Of a stretch of DNA of 64,000 nucleotides, positions 31,136-40,885 are shown one piece after another. Position numbers and translations under genes: made by a program. Under the pieces are notes generated by a model, which was not told the DNA's origin, searched no databases, and saw only the letters and a program-made list of their open reading frames with translations. The number at the start of each line of letters is the position of its first letter. Positions within the stretch are counted from its first letter, which is position 1. Origin of the DNA: a virus; IMG/VR virus record IMGVR_UViG_3300043429_000427, one strand, 5' to 3'.

Positions 31136-31313
31136 AGTTCAAAGATACGAAATATTTTCCAACAATCAAAATGTTTTAAGGTTTTTTTTAAAATTGTACT
31201 ATATAAAGAACCTTTTTTAACTTATTGGGAAAATCCTATTTTTTTGATGTTTTTAGTATTTTTCTAATATTTATATACAAATAATTATATTTAAATAGAT
31301 AAAATACAAAACA

Positions 31314-31451
31314 ATGCAATTACTTTTAATTCTTACTTTATGTGCTAGTTTAGTTAGCGGTATATTAGTTAAATTCAATACGGATTCTAAACCAGCTAAA
31401 CATCGTTCTCACTTAAAAAATTTGGATACGAATAAATTGTGGCCTAACTAA
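31314..31451 (+). CDS. Small hydrophobic peptide (45 aa); only plausible plus-strand gene
   Basis: MQLLLILTLCASLVSGILVKFNTDSKPAKHRSHLKNLDTNKLWPN; ATATTTATA at 31267-31275 in matching orientation; A-rich leader. Confidence 0.5.
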   Translation: MQLLLILTLCASLVSGILVKFNTDSKPAKHRSHLKNLDTNKLWPN

Positions 31452-31926
31452 AAGAAAAAAGCCACAAATAAAATTATTCCACCCAACCAAGCAGTTTCTC
31501 TACGGAATTGAGAAGTTCTGAAAAAGAATAAACCATTCTCTTCCAAACTATACATTAGGTTTATAGCCCAATATACGATAAGAAATCCAATAGCGGTACT
31601 TACATTTATCATTTCTTAAGTCCGTTTAATTTCTTTTTATCTGCTCGTAATTGCTTTGCAATATATTTTACCCATTGATTATAGGTTAATCCAAATTCGT
31701 TTCTTTGTACTGCCATTATTTTATGTATTGAGATAGTAAACGATATGAGTATTGTAACATATACTCTTGAAAATCTTTTTGGTTTGTAAAATCAACCGAT
31801 TCAGTTTTTATATAATCAGTACAGAAGGAAGCCAGTTGTTCCGGCTCCTCATCTATATCTGACCTTAAGTCCATTATCGCCTCTTTATATCCAGTTTGAT
31901 AACCGGAATCGTAAAGCTCAAGCAAA

Positions 31927-32169
31927 TCAGAGACTTGTGTGGTTGAGTTTTGTAAATTCATATTTGTTGTAGAAAAGTTCAGCAAATACTCTACCTTTTG
32001 ATTCAGCAGATGCAAATTCTTCAAATACTTCGGTTGGTACATTTTTATACACATAAGTAATCGCAGTATGGCTACTCTTAAAATGTAATACCATATCTAA
32101 TGTTTCATCATTGTGTGATGCTGAATGTACTGTACTACTATCAGCTTCTGAATTAAATTCTCTAATCAT
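31927..32169 (-). CDS. KTSC-domain protein
   Basis: SSTVHSASH..LHF..YVYKNVP..F..AESKGRVF. Confidence 0.8.
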   Translation of the reverse strand: MIREFNSEADSSTVHSASHNDETLDMVLHFKSSHTAITYVYKNVPTEVFEEFASAESKGRVFAELFYNKYEFTKLNHTSL

Positions 32170-32867
32170 TTTTATTTTGTTTTGGTTCTGTAATTGATAA
32201 TATAAATATAACTAATGTAGCTACGATAATAGGTACATATATAGGGGCAAATACTATCCAATATGGAATATCTATATACCACTCCCATTTTATGAGTAAC
32301 ATACTCAATGTTAAAAATATTGTAGTTGCCATAAAGGCATCCCCTAATGAATTGAACTTTCTATCATTCATAATTATTCATTTATAAAGTTCTCACCAAA
32401 CTCTGCTTTCAGGTCACGTGTAATACCATTTGGTTTTCCACTACGAAGCGATTTATCGGCTTGTAATTCTAAAAACAATTGAGTAGCGTAACGCTGGGCG
32501 TTCTCTGGTGTAATAAATGTCTTTAATTTATCACCAGCTTTGTTGAATACATTATATACAACACCCAATGAAGATGATTGACTTTCTTTAATAATAAACG
32601 GATTCTTTTTCAATTGTGCCATTTTAGTATTTGTTTAAGATTTAAGAATTAGTGATTACGGCGTCCTCCGCCTCCTTGTGAAAAAAGGGATTGTGAACTT
32701 GCATTTCCCAATGGATTCCATTCCCTACTAACGGTAACACGACCTTTCTCAACATATCGTTGACCATTTAAACTAGCAGCTTCTGCTCTCAAAGCAGCGA
32801 TTCTTTTTTCAATTGAAGTTTGATTACTCATAGATTTATTGTTTTATGTTGAACTCTTATTACCTTA

Positions 32868-32904
32868 TAAAGATAAGTAAAAAAAATGGGAAAGTCAAGT
32901 CTTT
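32868..32904 (-). promoter_or_regulatory. Early-type promoter
   Basis: AAAGACTTGAC..TATCTTTA with the same spacing as the other copies. Confidence 0.65.
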
Positions 32905-32921
32905 CCCAAAATATTTTTTAA

Positions 32922-33194
32922 TTATTTTACATAAATAAATTTACGATTTCGATTTTCTTTTGCAATCTCCTCTTCCTTTTTCCATTCGTTAATTTGATTT
33001 AGTGCATCTTGTTGTTTATTAAATGAATAATAATGCTCAACCCAAATGGGAAATGGGTACGATGCTGGAATAATGCGTCTAGATGCCACAAAGTATTCAG
33101 CAGTTTCCGTTTTGTGGATTTCAATACGATAAGAACTACAACTTGCTACCAATACTCCCACTAATAGCAACACTCCCAATTTTAGTTTTAACAT
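32922..33194 (-). CDS. Putative lipoprotein
   Basis: Signal peptide with LVASC lipobox. Confidence 0.55.
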   Translation of the reverse strand: MLKLKLGVLLLVGVLVASCSSYRIEIHKTETAEYFVASRRIIPASYPFPIWVEHYYSFNKQQDALNQINEWKKEEEIAKENRNRKFIYVK

Positions 33195-33203
33195 TATTTT
33201 TTA

Positions 33204-33839
33204 TTAGTTTAATTTTAATAATCCACCAATTCCAAAATATGCATTTGGCCGCATTGTACCTTCATGCACATTACCCCCAACTTGGAACTGAATTAAATTA
33301 TCATTTAAGGATTTACGAACAATTGATAATCCAAATGATTGTAATGGTTGTGTAAAGTTTGTAGTAATATGTGGTCCCATATACCATTGTACTGTTTTAG
33401 GGCGATAAATTTCTACAATCTTTTCTTTAATTTGTGGTTTAATATCAGCTAACCACTTTCTACTTACCAAACGATTATGTGAAATGGTATCGGTAATTTG
33501 AATATTACCCACACCATCTTCTAATGTAATTGTTTCTTTGTGTACATTTGTTGGATAGTATTGTTGTAAGATTGCCACCGTATCTAATGCAGTTACTGGT
33601 GTTTGTACATTTACAATTTTATATTCCGGTACTTTTACAATTTCCTTTTTAACAACAACTTTTGTTTTTGTCTTTGGTACAATTTTAGTTTGGGTTACAT
33701 TGATTGGTTGGATTATATTGTAAGTCTTTGTACCTATAATTTTTCCATCTTTGTATGTTTTAACACGCAATACTTTTGGTGTTTGTCCAAATGCTAACAC
33801 TCCCGATAGCATGAGTAATCCTAATAATACTTTTTTCAT
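33204..33839 (-). CDS. Secreted/envelope protein
   Basis: Signal peptide; beta-strand-rich C-terminus. Confidence 0.5.
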   Translation of the reverse strand: MKKVLLGLLMLSGVLAFGQTPKVLRVKTYKDGKIIGTKTYNIIQPINVTQTKIVPKTKTKVVVKKEIVKVPEYKIVNVQTPVTALDTVAILQQYYPTNVHKETITLEDGVGNIQITDTISHNRLVSRKWLADIKPQIKEKIVEIYRPKTVQWYMGPHITTNFTQPLQSFGLSIVRKSLNDNLIQFQVGGNVHEGTMRPNAYFGIGGLLKLN

Positions 33840-34507
33840 TATCTATAATTTTCTACTATTTCATGATGGTCATTAAACATCATACTTTTAATTGGTTGGT
33901 TTTTCATAATAGATAAAACCTCTTTCATTTCAATTGGAAATAAATTATTACCTTCCACACCAACATCCATCATCTTTCCAGGTCCAACTCTACGATTTGG
34001 TGGTAAGTGAACGTGGCCATGCAAATGTATAAATCCTCTTGCTAAATTATCCCAGCTTGCAATTGGAAAGTGCATGAGTATAAACTTTGCCTCATCTTGC
34101 ATTGGTGTACCAACATTCCACTTTACAACCAAATCTAAAATATTATTTACAGAAGAAAATAACTCTTGTATGTTTTCTTTGTTTTTGGCTATATGCTGGT
34201 CGTGGTTTCCTAAAATAAGATGAATGTTTTTACATACCAATCTATCTCTAAACTGACGGATACTATCAAATCCACCAAAACTCCAATCACCCAAATGGAA
34301 CAAAATATCATCTTGCCCAACTACCTCGTTTATACCCTCTACCAATCTATCGTTCATAGCTTCCAAAGATTTGAACTCTCTGAAATTAGAACCAACCGGT
34401 CCGTTATCCCTATTCCAAGTTGTGGTAGCAGAGCAGATGTTAGCATGGTTAAAGTGAGTATCACTTGTAAACCATAATTTCTGTCCTTTGTTTAGTGTAA
34501 TTTTCAT
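33839..34507 (-). CDS. Calcineurin-like metallophosphoesterase
   Basis: SDTHFNH, HLGD, GNHD, HFP, HGHVH. Confidence 0.88.
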   Translation of the reverse strand: MKITLNKGQKLWFTSDTHFNHANICSATTTWNRDNGPVGSNFREFKSLEAMNDRLVEGINEVVGQDDILFHLGDWSFGGFDSIRQFRDRLVCKNIHLILGNHDQHIAKNKENIQELFSSVNNILDLVVKWNVGTPMQDEAKFILMHFPIASWDNLARGFIHLHGHVHLPPNRRVGPGKMMDVGVEGNNLFPIEMKEVLSIMKNQPIKSMMFNDHHEIVENYR

Positions 34508-34511
34508 ATAT

Positions 34512-34540
34512 CAAAGGTAAGTAAAAAAATCCACAAATCC
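34512..34540 (-). promoter_or_regulatory. Bacteroidota-type promoter, identical to 38831-38859
   Basis: TACCTTTG -7 box; 29-bp exact direct repeat. Confidence 0.7.
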
Positions 34541-34546
34541 AAATGT

Positions 34547-34987
34547 TTAATCGAAAAATTCTACAATAATTCCAGCTTCTTTAAACATTTGATTTGAGCG
34601 TTCTGCCGATTCTTGCCACTTTGGGCTCATAGCACCTTTACCACTTCGTAGTACAATCTTCTTTACACCTGCTGATATAATTGCTCTTGCACAATCTGCA
34701 CAACTAATACCACAAGTCATATACATAGTAGTACCTAATGTAGATACACCTATACGAGCTGCGTTGTAAATACAATTCCGTTCCGCGTGTTCAAACCAAA
34801 AGTATTTCTCTGGCTTTTCTTGTCTTTCTACAACATCATCGTTGATACCACGAGGAAATGAGTTATAGCCGGTAGATACAATCTCATTGTTCTCACCAAC
34901 TAATACAACACCAATTTTTGTATTATTATCTTTTGATTTCAACTTCACCTGTTCGGCAATGTTGATAAAATATTCATCCCAATTCAT
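34547..34987 (-). CDS. dCMP deaminase
   Basis: SKD..TKIG, GYNSFPRG, HAERN, CADCARAI. Confidence 0.9.
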   Translation of the reverse strand: MNWDEYFINIAEQVKLKSKDNNTKIGVVLVGENNEIVSTGYNSFPRGINDDVVERQEKPEKYFWFEHAERNCIYNAARIGVSTLGTTMYMTCGISCADCARAIISAGVKKIVLRSGKGAMSPKWQESAERSNQMFKEAGIIVEFFD

Positions 34988-35361
34988 TATCCTATAACTT
35001 CTCTTATGTAACTTCTTATAAATAAATAAAGTAATTCGTATTGTTTGATTACTACTAATGGTATTACAGTATCTTTGTCAATAGTGGCTAATGGTGTTCC
35101 ACCTTCCCATAGAGTAGTGTGCAATCTACAAATATCAGTATCCTTACCTCTCTCATCTATCCAGTTTTGGATTTTTCGTTCTAATATAAAATAACCTGAA
35201 TATTTTGTACCTTTTACATTATTCGTATAACTAAATGAAAATGAATATTTTTCATCAGCCGTTGCCATTGCATCTATACTAAACTCAAACAACTCACTAT
35301 TACTACCTTGTTGTTTTTTACCGATTAGTAAATCTATATTTTCTATGTTTATCTTCTTCAT
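34987..35361 (-). CDS. LTIxN-family paralogue
   Basis: MKKINIENIDLLIG; shares the family pattern. Confidence 0.55.
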   Translation of the reverse strand: MKKINIENIDLLIGKKQQGSNSELFEFSIDAMATADEKYSFSFSYTNNVKGTKYSGYFILERKIQNWIDERGKDTDICRLHTTLWEGGTPLATIDKDTVIPLVVIKQYELLYLFIRSYIREVIG

Positions 35362-35399
35362 ATGTTTAACTGATTAAAGTGCAATATAGGTATAATAAT

Positions 35400-35615
35400 T
35401 TACTTTTCCAAATTTTTAACACCATATTTTATGTATTTGTACCAAAATCTTTCGTGAAGAAAATAGATGAATGGTTTTAAGAATAACTCACCCAAGCCAA
35501 AGGCGGCTCCAATACGAACATCACCACTCAAATACCACATTGTTAAGAAACCAACGGTGGTACTGATTATTCTATAACTAATTGTTTTTAGTATGTGTCG
35601 TTTTACGTCTACCAT
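35400..35615 (-). CDS. DUF2061-like small membrane protein
   Basis: RHILKTISYR..YFLHERFW. Confidence 0.7.
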   Translation of the reverse strand: MVDVKRHILKTISYRIISTTVGFLTMWYLSGDVRIGAAFGLGELFLKPFIYFLHERFWYKYIKYGVKNLEK

Positions 35616-36171
35616 TTTTTGTAACTACATAATCTATAATAAAGTGTACCCTATCCTCATCGCTTAAATTTTCAACAGAGTGTCCTTTTGAATTATCAAT
35701 TTCCCAAATCTCACCCTCCTTCATATTTTTTTCTTCCATTTCAGGATAACCTACTATAAAAAATACTTCTGGATTTGTTATTAAAGCAATATGTGTTCTG
35801 CGTGGAATCACCAATCCTCTACCCGTATCCGCATGTGGGGTTATATCGTGATTTGCCAATAGCTTAACTAATATAACTCTGTTAAAATAACCATCACCAT
35901 ATTTTTGTCTATATAATGGTTCAATCTTGTCTAAAAACTTTTGGATTTCCAATTCATAAAATAAAGGATGTTTTTCTGATACTTCTAATGTATCAACATT
36001 TTCTATATCCCACATCAATGGTAAAGATTCTGTATATCTATGTGCATCATACATCTCTTGTCGTTTTGTATATGCTTTCCAATACGATTCATCCAACGAT
36101 TTAACTTTATGTTTTAAATCGGATACATCAACAATACCAACATAATTATAGTTTACATAATCAACTGCCAT
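35578..36171 (-). CDS. Asp/Asn beta-hydroxylase-like 2OG-Fe(II) oxygenase
   Basis: ITPHADTG, RTHIALITNP, GEIWEIDN..HSVEN..RVHFIID. Confidence 0.8.
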   Translation of the reverse strand: MAVDYVNYNYVGIVDVSDLKHKVKSLDESYWKAYTKRQEMYDAHRYTESLPLMWDIENVDTLEVSEKHPLFYELEIQKFLDKIEPLYRQKYGDGYFNRVILVKLLANHDITPHADTGRGLVIPRRTHIALITNPEVFFIVGYPEMEEKNMKEGEIWEIDNSKGHSVENLSDEDRVHFIIDYVVTKNGRRKTTHTKNN

Positions 36172-36182
36172 AATATATTATA

Positions 36183-37334
36183 TTAATTATCTTCATTTTT
36201 AAAAGGTTTTTCATACTTGGGTTTAATCATACTCCAAATTAAATGGTCGTATGGTTTTTTATCCCACATCTTAAACATCACCGCAGATAATTCTTTTGGG
36301 AATTGTTTAGTATATTCAGCAAACTCTTTTTTAGTTGGTTCTACTTCCTTATCATTATACTTACCATAACGGAATCCATCATGCAACTTACCTGCTCTTT
36401 CATCTATTGAGTAGAAACTATATCGCAAGTTCATAACCACTGCTTTCACCCATTTATCAAACTCATCGGGTACTCTCTCCAAAAATGGTTCTAATGGTTC
36501 ACCATTCTTCAATAGTTCCCAAATATCTTTGGTAGAAAAATTAGTAAGGATTCTATGTAATCTCACATACTCATCACCTTTAATCTTCATTCGCATACCA
36601 CCTGAAAAACGAATTACATATCCTTCGGAATCATTTGAAATCATTTTTTTCAATTTGGTATAATCATTCACACCATCGTATCTATTAACAATATCCCATC
36701 CCTCATTCACCATCTCATCAACCTCAACCTCTTTACCGGTTTCGTTATTGTAAGCACCTAACACAACCAATTTTTCCTCATCACCATAATCTACAACGAT
36801 TCGATTTTCAGGATAAATGATTTCAACTAAATAAGTGTAGCCAGGTATTAAAGCAGTTTTGCTTAATTTATCTAATAACTCCTTACCTTTGATAGCTTGT
36901 TCGGATGTAAATGAACCACGAGTTGCCATATGCCACTCACCTTCGTAGTGGAATATAATACCCAACGAACCATCCATCTTTTCAAATACTTCAAAGGGCT
37001 CATTTGGAATGACACTACGCATTTCCCAACCACCGCATTCTTCAGGGTGAGCACAGTTAATCATACCTGATTTTCTACACCCTTCACAATGTGCATACTT
37101 ATCATCTTTAATTTCTTCGTAGTTAAAGAACTTTGGGAATGGTTTGGCAATAACATTACCTTCGTTATCCAATACTAAACCTCTACAAGCCAATGTATAT
37201 CTATCCCAATTACCATCGTATTGTGTGGTGCGGGAATAGTTGTATATAGACAACGGAAGTGTAGGGTGATTTTGTTTAATCACCTTACCCGTATCAATAT
37301 AATGTTTATGTAAAAGTTCTAAATTGTATTTCAT
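36183..37334 (-). CDS. RNA ligase (T4 Rnl1-like)
   Basis: YNY, CRGLVLD, PFPKFFN, EKMDGSLG (motif I), TRGSF, EII, EGYVI, KIK. Confidence 0.88.
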   Translation of the reverse strand: MKYNLELLHKHYIDTGKVIKQNHPTLPLSIYNYSRTTQYDGNWDRYTLACRGLVLDNEGNVIAKPFPKFFNYEEIKDDKYAHCEGCRKSGMINCAHPEECGGWEMRSVIPNEPFEVFEKMDGSLGIIFHYEGEWHMATRGSFTSEQAIKGKELLDKLSKTALIPGYTYLVEIIYPENRIVVDYGDEEKLVVLGAYNNETGKEVEVDEMVNEGWDIVNRYDGVNDYTKLKKMISNDSEGYVIRFSGGMRMKIKGDEYVRLHRILTNFSTKDIWELLKNGEPLEPFLERVPDEFDKWVKAVVMNLRYSFYSIDERAGKLHDGFRYGKYNDKEVEPTKKEFAEYTKQFPKELSAVMFKMWDKKPYDHLIWSMIKPKYEKPFKNEDN

Positions 37335-37337
37335 AAC

Positions 37338-37598
37338 TTATTTTTTAATAAACTCAAAAATGTGCCAAACAAATTGACCATCCTGAATTGTGTTGATATA
37401 TGTAAAATTATCTGCTTCTGGAAAGTCATGTCCAGTACCAACTATTGTAAAATATCTAAAATCACATTCTGCATCAGTATCTACCAATGCCCATATATAA
37501 GGTAGACCATTTTGTGTTTGGATTGTTAGTACCTTTGCTCCAATTGGCATTTCAATACCTCTACCATCTTTAAGTTCGTATTTGTAAATCCGTTTCAT
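37338..37598 (-). CDS. Hypothetical phage protein
   Basis: IYKY..MPIGAKVL..IWALVD..GTGH..YINT..VWHIFE, a pattern common in phages. Confidence 0.55.
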   Translation of the reverse strand: MKRIYKYELKDGRGIEMPIGAKVLTIQTQNGLPYIWALVDTDAECDFRYFTIVGTGHDFPEADNFTYINTIQDGQFVWHIFEFIKK

Positions 37599-37601
37599 AA
37601 T

Positions 37602-37985
37602 TTATAATTTTACTTCAAAACGATTTCTCATATTACCCAAAGATGCATCGGGTACATTGTGGATACTCTTACCTTCGTGTCGGTTCTCTACGATTACTGA
37701 TGTTACTTTGTACCCGTAGGTTTTAGCCAACTCATAGTAATCTTCCATCTCCCACTCTTGCGTAAATGTGTTTGATACTATTACCTTTGGCTTCTCTCTA
37801 ACCATAAAAGATTCGCATTGTTCTTTACACCAACGATGTGCTTCTTTGATTTTATTAAAATCAAACTTATACTCACCATCTACCATAAAGTACATATCTG
37901 CCTCACAACGGAAACCACCAATCAATTCAGCGAATGTTGATTTTCCACTACCCGGCAATCCTCTCAATAAGATTAACTCTTTCAT
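37602..37985 (-). CDS. P-loop kinase (AAA_33 / polynucleotide kinase-like)
   Basis: LRGLPGSGKST, EAD, VSNTFT, HNVP. Confidence 0.85.
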   Translation of the reverse strand: MKELILLRGLPGSGKSTFAELIGGFRCEADMYFMVDGEYKFDFNKIKEAHRWCKEQCESFMVREKPKVIVSNTFTQEWEMEDYYELAKTYGYKVTSVIVENRHEGKSIHNVPDASLGNMRNRFEVKL

Positions 37986-38830
37986 TTTTTTTCTTCGTAT
38001 ACTTTAACCGATGGTAAACCACTATACTCACAATATAATTCTTCTTTCTGCTTTCGCATTAATTCTTTGATACTCTCATCAAAATATACACCATCCGATT
38101 CCATATCAGCGATGTTCCGTTGCATTGCATTATACACAATCTGCTTTTCTTTTTTTGTTAATGATTGGTTACTTGCCAAATTACCAACAAAGTTTACTAA
38201 ACCGGCACGGGGACCTGATTCTTTGGTATGTTTGTATTCCGTACTTTCCATAACATTGAACTCTCTATACACTGCGATTCCAAATACAACGAATAAAGTA
38301 GCCACTATGGATGTAAGTATTATAACTTCAATATCCATTATTTTTTTGTTTTAGAGTTTATATAATTTAATAATCCCAAAATGGTTGGTGGCCACAATCC
38401 AATAAAGATTGCCTTATTCACATCATTCTCAACTATGTAGTGATATTCACTAACAAAAATTACAATAATTGTGATAACCAAAATCAGTATTTCTGATGTC
38501 TTAAAATTCTTAAACATATTTGTTTGTTTTTGATTACATAGTTCCACACTTCAATACCAACAGGCATAAAGCGAAACCAATGATAAAAAGTAGTAATGGT
38601 GTTTTAATCTCTTGCATTATGATTCCTTTTTAATTTGTTTTTTGTGTTTAAGGATAGCTTCACTTAATTCATTGTACTCCATTTCCAAATAGTTTGGAAT
38701 ACCTTTCTTCTTTGCAATAAATCTTAACTCATGTAAAAACAATTTGCCTGATTGGATGAATTGTTTAGCAGGGGCTGCATCGTATTGAAATTCATTTGGG
38801 TGTGTCATATATCTTTCTTTTAGTGAATAA

Positions 38831-38859
38831 CAAAGGTAAGTAAAAAAATCCACAAATCC
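38831..38859 (-). promoter_or_regulatory. Bacteroidota-type promoter, identical to 34512-34540
   Basis: TACCTTTG -7 box; exact repeat. Confidence 0.7.
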
Positions 38860-38878
38860 TAATTATTTTTACATTATT

Positions 38879-39256
38879 TTAAAACGGAAGTGGTCCAAGT
38901 CCAAAACGAGGATGATTCACTACATACTGATTGATAATTTGACCTAACCGCATCATAAGATTGTTTGGTGGTTTCCTTAACCAATTCAAAGTACAAAAGT
39001 GTTCATATACTGCAGTTCCATTTTCAAAATCAATAAACACTATCTTATAGACTTTTTCTTTATCTGCACTCACTTCCATTTCCACATTTCTATGTAATCT
39101 AATTATTACAAATTTATTATCAGCATCATACCTGCTACCCATTTTAAATTCGTAATACTCTTCGGTTGGTTTGTACATCAACAACGTCCAACCATCAAAG
39201 GTATTTAGGATTCTATAATCCTTTAATCTTTCTTCAAAGTTTTGTATTGTTAGCAT
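38879..39256 (-). CDS. LTIxN-family paralogue
   Basis: Starts MLTIQNFEE. Confidence 0.7.
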   Translation of the reverse strand: MLTIQNFEERLKDYRILNTFDGWTLLMYKPTEEYYEFKMGSRYDADNKFVIIRLHRNVEMEVSADKEKVYKIVFIDFENGTAVYEHFCTLNWLRKPPNNLMMRLGQIINQYVVNHPRFGLGPLPF

Positions 39257-39513
39257 TATAGTAATTGGATTTCGGTTATCAATTGTGTTACACCTTCTTC
39301 AGTTAAGAACCCAATCACATCATCAGTAATTGGTGTATCGTATGTAATCTCACCTTCGGTATTCAATACTGCCAACTCATACAACCCATCCTTACCTCCG
39401 TATGAATATTTATGACATATCACACTTACACCAAATCCGTTCTCAAACATAGTACGAGAGTATATACCTCCTCCAAAAACTTCCTTAAATTCTAAATCTT
39501 TAAATTCTTTCAT
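39256..39513 (-). CDS. Conserved phage hypothetical protein
   Basis: FENGFGVSVI..SYGGKDGLYELAVL..DDVIGFL. Confidence 0.6.
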   Translation of the reverse strand: MKEFKDLEFKEVFGGGIYSRTMFENGFGVSVICHKYSYGGKDGLYELAVLNTEGEITYDTPITDDVIGFLTEEGVTQLITEIQLL

Positions 39514-39571
39514 ATCTTTATTTTAAATTATAACCCAACACCTCCGGTCGGTCAAAGGAATTTTTGATAGT

Positions 39572-39913
39572 TTATTTATTCTTTAATTCAAAATCAAAAG
39601 CATCTACTACGGATTGGATAAATGAATCTTTATCCTTTAATCCATTAGCGGTTATCCCACCTTCATTAAACTTCTTTCCATTCAACCATAGTTCGAATCT
39701 ATATTGTTTCTTATACTCATTATTATACTCTCTCGTCAATAGCAACTTACCCCTATTCGTACCCAAAGCGGATACAAATGAAATTAAGTAACACTTTGGT
39801 TCCATGATATTCAAATCCGAATCGTATTTATACATCTCATCGTATAGTGAATCAATACTCCACCCATTACAATATGTACCTTCTAATAATCTAAAGTTAT
39901 GGATTGTTAGCAT
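39572..39913 (-). CDS. LTIxN-family paralogue
   Basis: Starts MLTIHNFRL. Confidence 0.7.
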   Translation of the reverse strand: MLTIHNFRLLEGTYCNGWSIDSLYDEMYKYDSDLNIMEPKCYLISFVSALGTNRGKLLLTREYNNEYKKQYRFELWLNGKKFNEGGITANGLKDKDSFIQSVVDAFDFELKNK

Positions 39914-40226
39914 GTGATATAATTCTTCTTAATGTTCGTATCATAGATGTTACACTTCCTATATTTGCTTCCGTTACCCAAACTGAATTGAATGGTTCAA
40001 ATGTATCCGTAATCTTATAATATTTTGCACTTAACATTGCATCAAGCCCTTCTTCTTCTTTTAGGATGAATACTCTATCATCTGCAGTAGCGGATGTTCT
40101 TAAATGGATTTGATAATCACCTTCAGGTCCATAAGTATGAACTCCTACAACTGTCCATATAGTAGTTGGGTTTGGAACTATAAATTGCTCCCCAACCAAC
40201 TTATCTGTATTTTGGATTTTTAGCAT
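39897..40226 (-). CDS. LTIxN-family paralogue
   Basis: Start revised to MLKIQNTDKL (ATG at 40226). Confidence 0.7.
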   Translation of the reverse strand: MLKIQNTDKLVGEQFIVPNPTTIWTVVGVHTYGPEGDYQIHLRTSATADDRVFILKEEEGLDAMLSAKYYKITDTFEPFNSVWVTEANIGSVTSMIRTLRRIISHANNP

Positions 40227-40555
40227 ATGTTTATCCTTACCAAATAATGTGAACCAATCCAATTTACTAAATCTTTTGGGTCTTTTAGATATTGTTTGTG
40301 AATTTTATTTAATCCTCTACTTGCATAAGGTCCTTCGAAAAAGGAATCCGTTAAATACTCAAACCCATTATCTTCTACTTGTCTAAACACCTTTACAAAA
40401 TGAGCTTGATGTATAGAAAACACACCATCTATTTGGGGTAAAAATGCTATCTCATACCAATTCTCACTTTCCTCAATCGTAGCTACCTTCCACCTCTGCC
40501 CCATACAACTTATATTGGCATTCGTTATTTTATCGTAATTCTCTATCGTTAGCAT
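40220..40555 (-). CDS. LTIxN-family paralogue
   Basis: Starts MLTIENYDKI. Confidence 0.7.
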   Translation of the reverse strand: MLTIENYDKITNANISCMGQRWKVATIEESENWYEIAFLPQIDGVFSIHQAHFVKVFRQVEDNGFEYLTDSFFEGPYASRGLNKIHKQYLKDPKDLVNWIGSHYLVRINIC

Positions 40556-40884
40556 ATCCTTTGTAATTTATGTATTAATTCGGTTACCTGTGATGCTAGG
40601 AGGTAGGGCATTTGCAAATCATCTATATCAACCATCATTTTTACCCTAGTTGCATATCCTATTATAAACAACTTATACTTTCCTTGCGCATTGGGTGTTC
40701 TATCTAAACAAACCGCAACATCATCTCCATTTAACTTATATGCGTTTTGAACTCTGGTATTAAAATCACTTACTCTAAAATAAAATACATACCCTAATTG
40801 GTTTGGAGTCATATCAACTTTGTGTGCAAATTTACCATTACACAACATCATTTTAAACTTATCCGTATTATGTATTGTTAGCAT
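40549..40884 (-). CDS. LTIxN-family paralogue
   Basis: Starts MLTIHNTDKF. Confidence 0.7.
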   Translation of the reverse strand: MLTIHNTDKFKMMLCNGKFAHKVDMTPNQLGYVFYFRVSDFNTRVQNAYKLNGDDVAVCLDRTPNAQGKYKLFIIGYATRVKMMVDIDDLQMPYLLASQVTELIHKLQRIC

Positions 40885-40885
40885 A

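Noticed and set aside
37015-37105. Intein or intron in the RNA ligase
   Set aside because: Only about 30 aa, in frame, with no C-terminal His-Asn splice motif
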